Below the pieces are notes generated by a model that saw only the letters and a list, made by a program, of their open reading frames with translations, ran no database searches and had not been told where the DNA came from. Shown piece after piece: positions 16,842 to 20,000 of a stretch of DNA of 20,000 bases (position 1 is its first letter; every line of letters begins with the position of its first letter). Both the position numbers and the translations under genes were made by a program. The stretch is from an uncultured virus (IMG/VR IMGVR_UViG_3300001346_000004). Lineage: Duplodnaviria; Heunggongvirae; Uroviricota; Caudoviricetes. Location of the stretch: IMG/VR virus record IMGVR_UViG_3300001346_000004; one strand, written 5' to 3'.

Positions 16842-16919
16842 GCGGCGAAGCCGTAAGCGCAGATTTTGCCGCGTAGCGGTAAGCGAGATTAGAGCTGCGA
16901 AGCAGCAAGCGGTAGCGCA
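16842..16919 (+). repeat. Three tandem 26-nt units, each a GNA-triloop hairpin followed by AAGCG
   Basis: GCGGC-GAA-GCCGT-AAGCG (16842), GCCGC-GTA-GCGGT-AAGCG (16868), GCTGC-GAA-GCAGC-AAGCG (16894). Confidence 0.85.
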
Positions 16920-16993
16920 GCAAATTTGTAACGGTTTTTCTCGTGGCCCCGGAGACTGTCGTCACGGTGCTGCTAGTGTGTTAGTGGGAATGT

Positions 16994-17203
16994 TTAGGCT
17001 ACGTTAGTGCCAGGTGTATACTCTTCAACAAATCCTGTCCATGTGTCACCAGTGCGTCTGCTTAGTTTTGCTGCATATTGATCAGCAAAGTCTTGTGCCA
17101 GTTTCTTTTGTGACATAGTGAAGTTGTTGCTGTACTGATTGCGATTCTGTACAGTTAGTTTGGTAGTTTCGTTGCGAGCTTTTGCTATGAGTCTTGTTTG
17201 CAT
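16994..17203 (-). CDS. Hypothetical protein
   Basis: gATAAATA-caatc-ATG upstream; 69 aa. Confidence 0.72.
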   Translation of the reverse strand: MQTRLIAKARNETTKLTVQNRNQYSNNFTMSQKKLAQDFADQYAAKLSRRTGDTWTGFVEEYTPGTNVA

Positions 17204-17232
17204 GATTGTATTTATCCTTTGCGCAAAAGAGT

Positions 17233-17330
17233 AGAACTTGTTTGTCTAATTTAACACACGCTGTTTGTATCTAGCACATAACAGTGCGTATCTATCTGAC
17301 TTGAAGTGTGTATTATAACAACAAGTTCTT
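17233..17330 (-). ncRNA. Candidate structured small RNA (rod with paired ends)
   Basis: Gap with no credible ORF. A 10-bp perfect terminal inverted repeat AGAACTTGTT/AACAAGTTCT, a further ACACAC/GTGTGT stem and a central GCAC/GTGC hairpin. TAAATA-N5 places +1 at 17330. Confidence 0.55.
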
Positions 17331-17372
17331 AATAATATTTAACTAGTAACACAGTATACTGCTTGTAATAGG

Positions 17373-17588
17373 CTATTTAGACGCTATTTTAACAGTGTAC
17401 AACTCACTTGAACCTAGTATAGCACATGCTAGTGTACAGTCTTTAGCACTGTGTAGTATAATTGAATTATGACTGTTTTGACTGCTGTCTATGCCCTTTA
17501 CAAACAGTTCTATTACTGCACTGTGCGTAATGTTATCACAGTAGTCGTGCAGTTTGTTGTCTGGGTAGGCTAGGTGCAGTGTGTACAT
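17373..17588 (-). CDS. Hypothetical protein
   Basis: 71 aa; TAATG coupling with the upstream ORF. Confidence 0.6.
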   Translation of the reverse strand: MYTLHLAYPDNKLHDYCDNITHSAVIELFVKGIDSSQNSHNSIILHSAKDCTLACAILGSSELYTVKIASK

Positions 17589-17803
17589 TATGTGCCGCTA
17601 GAGTGATCCGTTTCTGCATCTACACAGTGCATGTAGTCTCTATAGTGTAGATAGAATGTTCTATGCTGTTTAAGACTGGTATCCAACCAAAAACGTGTTC
17701 TATTGATGTGTGCTTCAAACTTTACGTTGTGTTCTTGTATACGGTTGAACAGCAGTGGCGTGTTCACAAAGTCTCGGGTGTATACACAGTATTGTTTAAT
17801 CAT
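17588..17803 (-). CDS. Hypothetical protein (FEAHINRTRFW)
   Basis: 71 aa; AAGGA RBS; overlaps the upstream 40-aa gene. Confidence 0.7.
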   Translation of the reverse strand: MIKQYCVYTRDFVNTPLLFNRIQEHNVKFEAHINRTRFWLDTSLKQHRTFYLHYRDYMHCVDAETDHSSGT

Positions 17804-17918
17804 TCATGAATTTCCTTGCTATTAAGAGATTGCAAGTTACTACAACTACCCAACCATTTTCATATACCACATACTGGTCTGGTTTGCGATTGCGTCGATG
17901 TGTTACTAACTTGCGCAT
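17796..17918 (-). CDS. Small hypothetical protein, 40 aa (absent from the ORF track)
   Basis: MRKLVTHRRNRKPDQYVVYENGWVVVVTCNLLIARKFMND; preceded by gaTAAGTA-tacac-ATG. Confidence 0.65.
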   Translation of the reverse strand: MRKLVTHRRNRKPDQYVVYENGWVVVVTCNLLIARKFMND

Positions 17919-18069
17919 GTGTATACTTATCTTGAAATGGGTCTACAGGGATAAAAAAATTGCTGCGCAAAAAATTGTGGTGGAGTACTTTTCATTTCTG
18001 GGTGGTGATTCTAGACCACTAGCCAATCAAAATACACTATATGCGCATACGTACTATACCGGTCGGTGT

Positions 18070-18252
18070 CTATGTGACCACCACCTCATCATCGATGACA
18101 AAAATAATATTATCGAAACGGTCACGAACTTCTACTCTTTCAGCGTCGTAATCATCTGAGCAGTGAAGGGCAACCTCTTCGGCTTCTTCTTGTGTTTCGT
18201 AGAAGCCCTCGTATTGCTCTACTGTGTCCTGTGTGTAGTAGACTCTGTACAT
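18070..18252 (-). CDS. Small acidic hypothetical protein; start revised to 18252
   Basis: MYRVYYTQDTVEQYEGFYETQEEAEEVA...; GGGGA RBS; starts just after the stop of the upstream gene. Confidence 0.7.
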   Translation of the reverse strand: MYRVYYTQDTVEQYEGFYETQEEAEEVALHCSDDYDAERVEVRDRFDNIIFVIDDEVVVT

Positions 18253-18253
18253 G

Positions 18254-18481
18254 CTAGTCCCCACAGTCCTGATTGCGCATCCAACTGTAACGCTCTGCCT
18301 TGGGCACGCTGCATGCTCGCTTACGCAGTGCTTCACCTTCCCAGTTAGGGATCTGATCTATCAATTGGTTGCTGGTGAAGTTAGGATCATATGGACGATC
18401 CTTGTCGTATGGATACACACAGCCTCCTAGCGTGCATCCTATTAACAGTATTACTGCCCAACGGCTGATCGTATTTTCCAT
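18254..18481 (-). CDS. Putative lipoprotein
   Basis: Signal peptide with lipobox LGG-C; AAGGA upstream. Confidence 0.7.
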   Translation of the reverse strand: MENTISRWAVILLIGCTLGGCVYPYDKDRPYDPNFTSNQLIDQIPNWEGEALRKRACSVPKAERYSWMRNQDCGD

Positions 18482-18606
18482 ATTACTTCTTCCTTAATGT
18501 CTGCATTGCCATATAGGTTGTATGCATTAGTAGAGTGCTGTACATCACGTAGGCTACACGCACTACACAACATCACAGCACACACTAACAAGAATGCCTT
18601 ACGCAT
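18451..18606 (-). CDS. Putative small lipoprotein, 51 aa (absent from the ORF track)
   Basis: MRKAFLLVCAVMLCSA-CSLRDVQHSTNAYNLYGNADIKEEVIWKIRSAVGQ; GGAG RBS; overlaps both neighbours. Confidence 0.7.
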   Translation of the reverse strand: MRKAFLLVCAVMLCSACSLRDVQHSTNAYNLYGNADIKEEVIWKIRSAVGQ

Positions 18607-18802
18607 CCTCTTCTCCATTTACTGCAAGTATCATTCCACCAAACAGTGTCATAATTAAACCTACAAATGCTATTAACAGCATCTCACCAAATGTGTTAGC
18701 AGTCTCCATACATGCACCATCACAGTCATTAGCACTACCAGCCATAGCCATAATGCCTACTGCTATCAATACCATTGCTATTGTGTTTATAATCGTTTTC
18801 AT
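18599..18802 (-). CDS. Small 2-TM membrane protein with a DCDGAC loop; start revised to 18802
   Basis: AAAAGGAGCGATT-ATG; two hydrophobic helices. Confidence 0.8.
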   Translation of the reverse strand: MKTIINTIAMVLIAVGIMAMAGSANDCDGACMETANTFGEMLLIAFVGLIMTLFGGMILAVNGEEDA

Positions 18803-18832
18803 AATCGCTCCTTTTGTTTGTTTCATACTACT

Positions 18833-18861
18833 AATATATGACATTAGGGGCTGTTTGTCAA
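18833..18861 (-). promoter_or_regulatory. Sigma70-type early promoter, -35 enclosed by an 8-bp inverted repeat
   Basis: TTGACA (18861-18856), 17 nt, TATATT (18838-18833); inverted repeat ATTAGGGG (18843-18850)/CCCCTAAT (18862-18869). Confidence 0.8.
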
Positions 18862-18884
18862 CCCCTAATATCCAAAATGTAGCC

Positions 18885-19274
18885 TTAGTCTGCACGCGAA
18901 CCCATGTGCATTTTTACGCCATATTCACGCCATACAGCAGCATAAGCACTGGCACCCACTTCTTTGCAATCCATGCTCTGCCCTCTATGCTGTGCAGGAT
19001 CCCACAGTTGAAGAACACCACTTTGGTAGCTCTTACGGAAACCTATGCTCTGTAGAGCCTTGCCCAGTTTACTATTGCTTCGCTCTTTAACATCTACCCA
19101 AGCAAATCCACAATACATAGGCTCACCATACTGGTTGCCGCCTGTGCTTTCTGTCCATTCGTCCAGCATCTTAGCAACAGCAGCCTTAGCAGCACTGGTT
19201 GCTTCTGTGTGGATCATTTGGACCTTTACTGTGTCAAATGTTGGTGTCGCTGTTACGGTTTTTTCTACAAACAT
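18885..19274 (-). CDS. Phage hypothetical protein (CGFAWV motif)
   Basis: AAAAGGAGCGAAT-ATG with its own promoter; 129 aa. Confidence 0.85.
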   Translation of the reverse strand: MFVEKTVTATPTFDTVKVQMIHTEATSAAKAAVAKMLDEWTESTGGNQYGEPMYCGFAWVDVKERSNSKLGKALQSIGFRKSYQSGVLQLWDPAQHRGQSMDCKEVGASAYAAVWREYGVKMHMGSRAD

Positions 19275-19305
19275 ATTCGCTCCTTTTGTTTAAGTTAGTA
19301 AGTAT

Positions 19306-19334
19306 ATAATACTATCATTCTTCCAAAATGTCAA
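19306..19334 (-). promoter_or_regulatory. Sigma70-type early promoter
   Basis: TTGACA (19334-19329), 17 nt, TATTAT (19311-19306). Confidence 0.8.
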
Positions 19335-19557
19335 CCTCTTTAGGAGGTAAATTTCTCAGTTTTATGATCAAATCATAGAAGTTATTGAACGCTTTATCTT
19401 CCTGGTTTTGCTCGAAATACACAGTGGGCGCAGGTATGCATATGCTCTTCTGCTCTGGATAACTGTCGTTGATTACCGTTGCTGCCTTGGTGCAGGTGGC
19501 CTCTGTGTCGTATAGGGGTTGCCCGGCTAGCATAACACTCAGAAGCAGGAACTTCAT
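19315..19557 (-). CDS. Hypothetical protein with a short hydrophobic N-terminus and two Cys; start revised to 19557
   Basis: TAATG overlap with the upstream gene and an AAGGAGG RBS. Confidence 0.75.
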   Translation of the reverse strand: MKFLLLSVMLAGQPLYDTEATCTKAATVINDSYPEQKSICIPAPTVYFEQNQEDKAFNNFYDLIIKLRNLPPKEVDILEE

Positions 19558-19970
19558 TACGCTGCCTCCTTGATGTATTCCTCGCTCCACGCTTCACGCT
19601 CACCCTTAGGCAGCATCTTGTAGCTCTGGGCCTTGCCCTTGTAGCCAGGTTGCCAATAGTCTTCTGCCTTCACATAACGGCTGGCATAGAAGCCCATGTC
19701 CTCTGCATATATGGTCCACGGAGTTTCCCACTCTTCGCATATCACAGCGTCATCCTCTACAACCTCTGCGTTGAGAATGTATTCTTCGGACCCGTCGTCC
19801 TTGTACTCGATTAGGTCTCGCAGAGCGGGCACCAACAGTTCCGTGTCTACTCCTGGGAGCACGAAGGTCTCTCCGCCTTTGAACTTCCAATACTGTGGAC
19901 ACTCGCCTTCGCCGTCCCATGTGTGGGCGCCGTAGTTTTCTTTGAACTGTGTGTGGATTACTAATTTCAT
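19557..19970 (-). CDS. Acidic phage hypothetical protein (ENYGAH.WDG.GECPQYWKFKGG)
   Basis: AAAGGAGCGAGCAT-ATG; 137 aa. Confidence 0.85.
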   Translation of the reverse strand: MKLVIHTQFKENYGAHTWDGEGECPQYWKFKGGETFVLPGVDTELLVPALRDLIEYKDDGSEEYILNAEVVEDDAVICEEWETPWTIYAEDMGFYASRYVKAEDYWQPGYKGKAQSYKMLPKGEREAWSEEYIKEAA

Positions 19971-20000
19971 ATGCTCGCTCCTTTATTGTTTATACTTACA

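Noticed and set aside
16842..16919. CRISPR mini-array interpretation of the 26-nt repeats
   Set aside because: The variable part is only about 8 nt, the repeats differ in sequence, and there are no cas genes in the window.
16750..16965. ORF 16750..16965 (-) over the hairpin island
   Set aside because: It overlaps the oxygenase start, has no RBS or promoter, and its R/L/A-rich sequence is a by-product of the GC-rich repeats.
17806..18159. 117-aa + strand ORF
   Set aside because: It is antisense to two better-supported - strand genes (17796..17918 and 18070..18252) and has no RBS.
14663..19935. + strand ORFs in the right arm (e.g. 14663..14980, 16077..16391, 18594..19055, 19696..19935)
   Set aside because: They are antisense shadows of - strand genes that have clear RBS or promoter support.
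1..20000. Stop-codon reassignment as seen in some large phages
   Set aside because: Core genes are full length in the standard code, and TAA, TAG and TGA all end genes at sensible, tightly packed boundaries.

Overview
This is an AT-rich, gene-dense segment of a large T4-like (myovirus-type) dsDNA bacteriophage in the standard genetic code; the host is unknown. The left arm (1-14445) is mostly on the + strand. It holds a sugar-nucleotide cluster (cupin, truncated UDP-glucose dehydrogenase, glycosyltransferase, GalE), then a replication module (gp62-like clamp-loader subunit, zinc-finger protein, a 190-aa miniature DnaE/Pol III alpha, primase, gp41/DnaB helicase) interrupted by a NodU/CmcH carbamoyltransferase cassette, then a Pol-beta nucleotidyltransferase, a GNAT-like protein and a rare tRNA-Arg(GCG). 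The right arm (14409-20000) is on the - strand and holds small ORFs, lipoproteins, an SGNH-like protein, a 2OG-Fe(II) oxygenase and sigma70-driven early-type genes. The main unexplained signals are: (1) three GNA-triloop hairpins with an exact 26-nt period and compensatory base pairs (16842-16919); (2) a ~100-nt rod-shaped candidate ncRNA starting exactly at a predicted late-promoter +1 (17330->17233); (3) a repeated TAAATA-N5-ATG layout implying leaderless late mRNAs; (4) the minimal, probably split DnaE. Four short genes missing from the ORF track were added. All calls come from manual motif reading; no database search was run.
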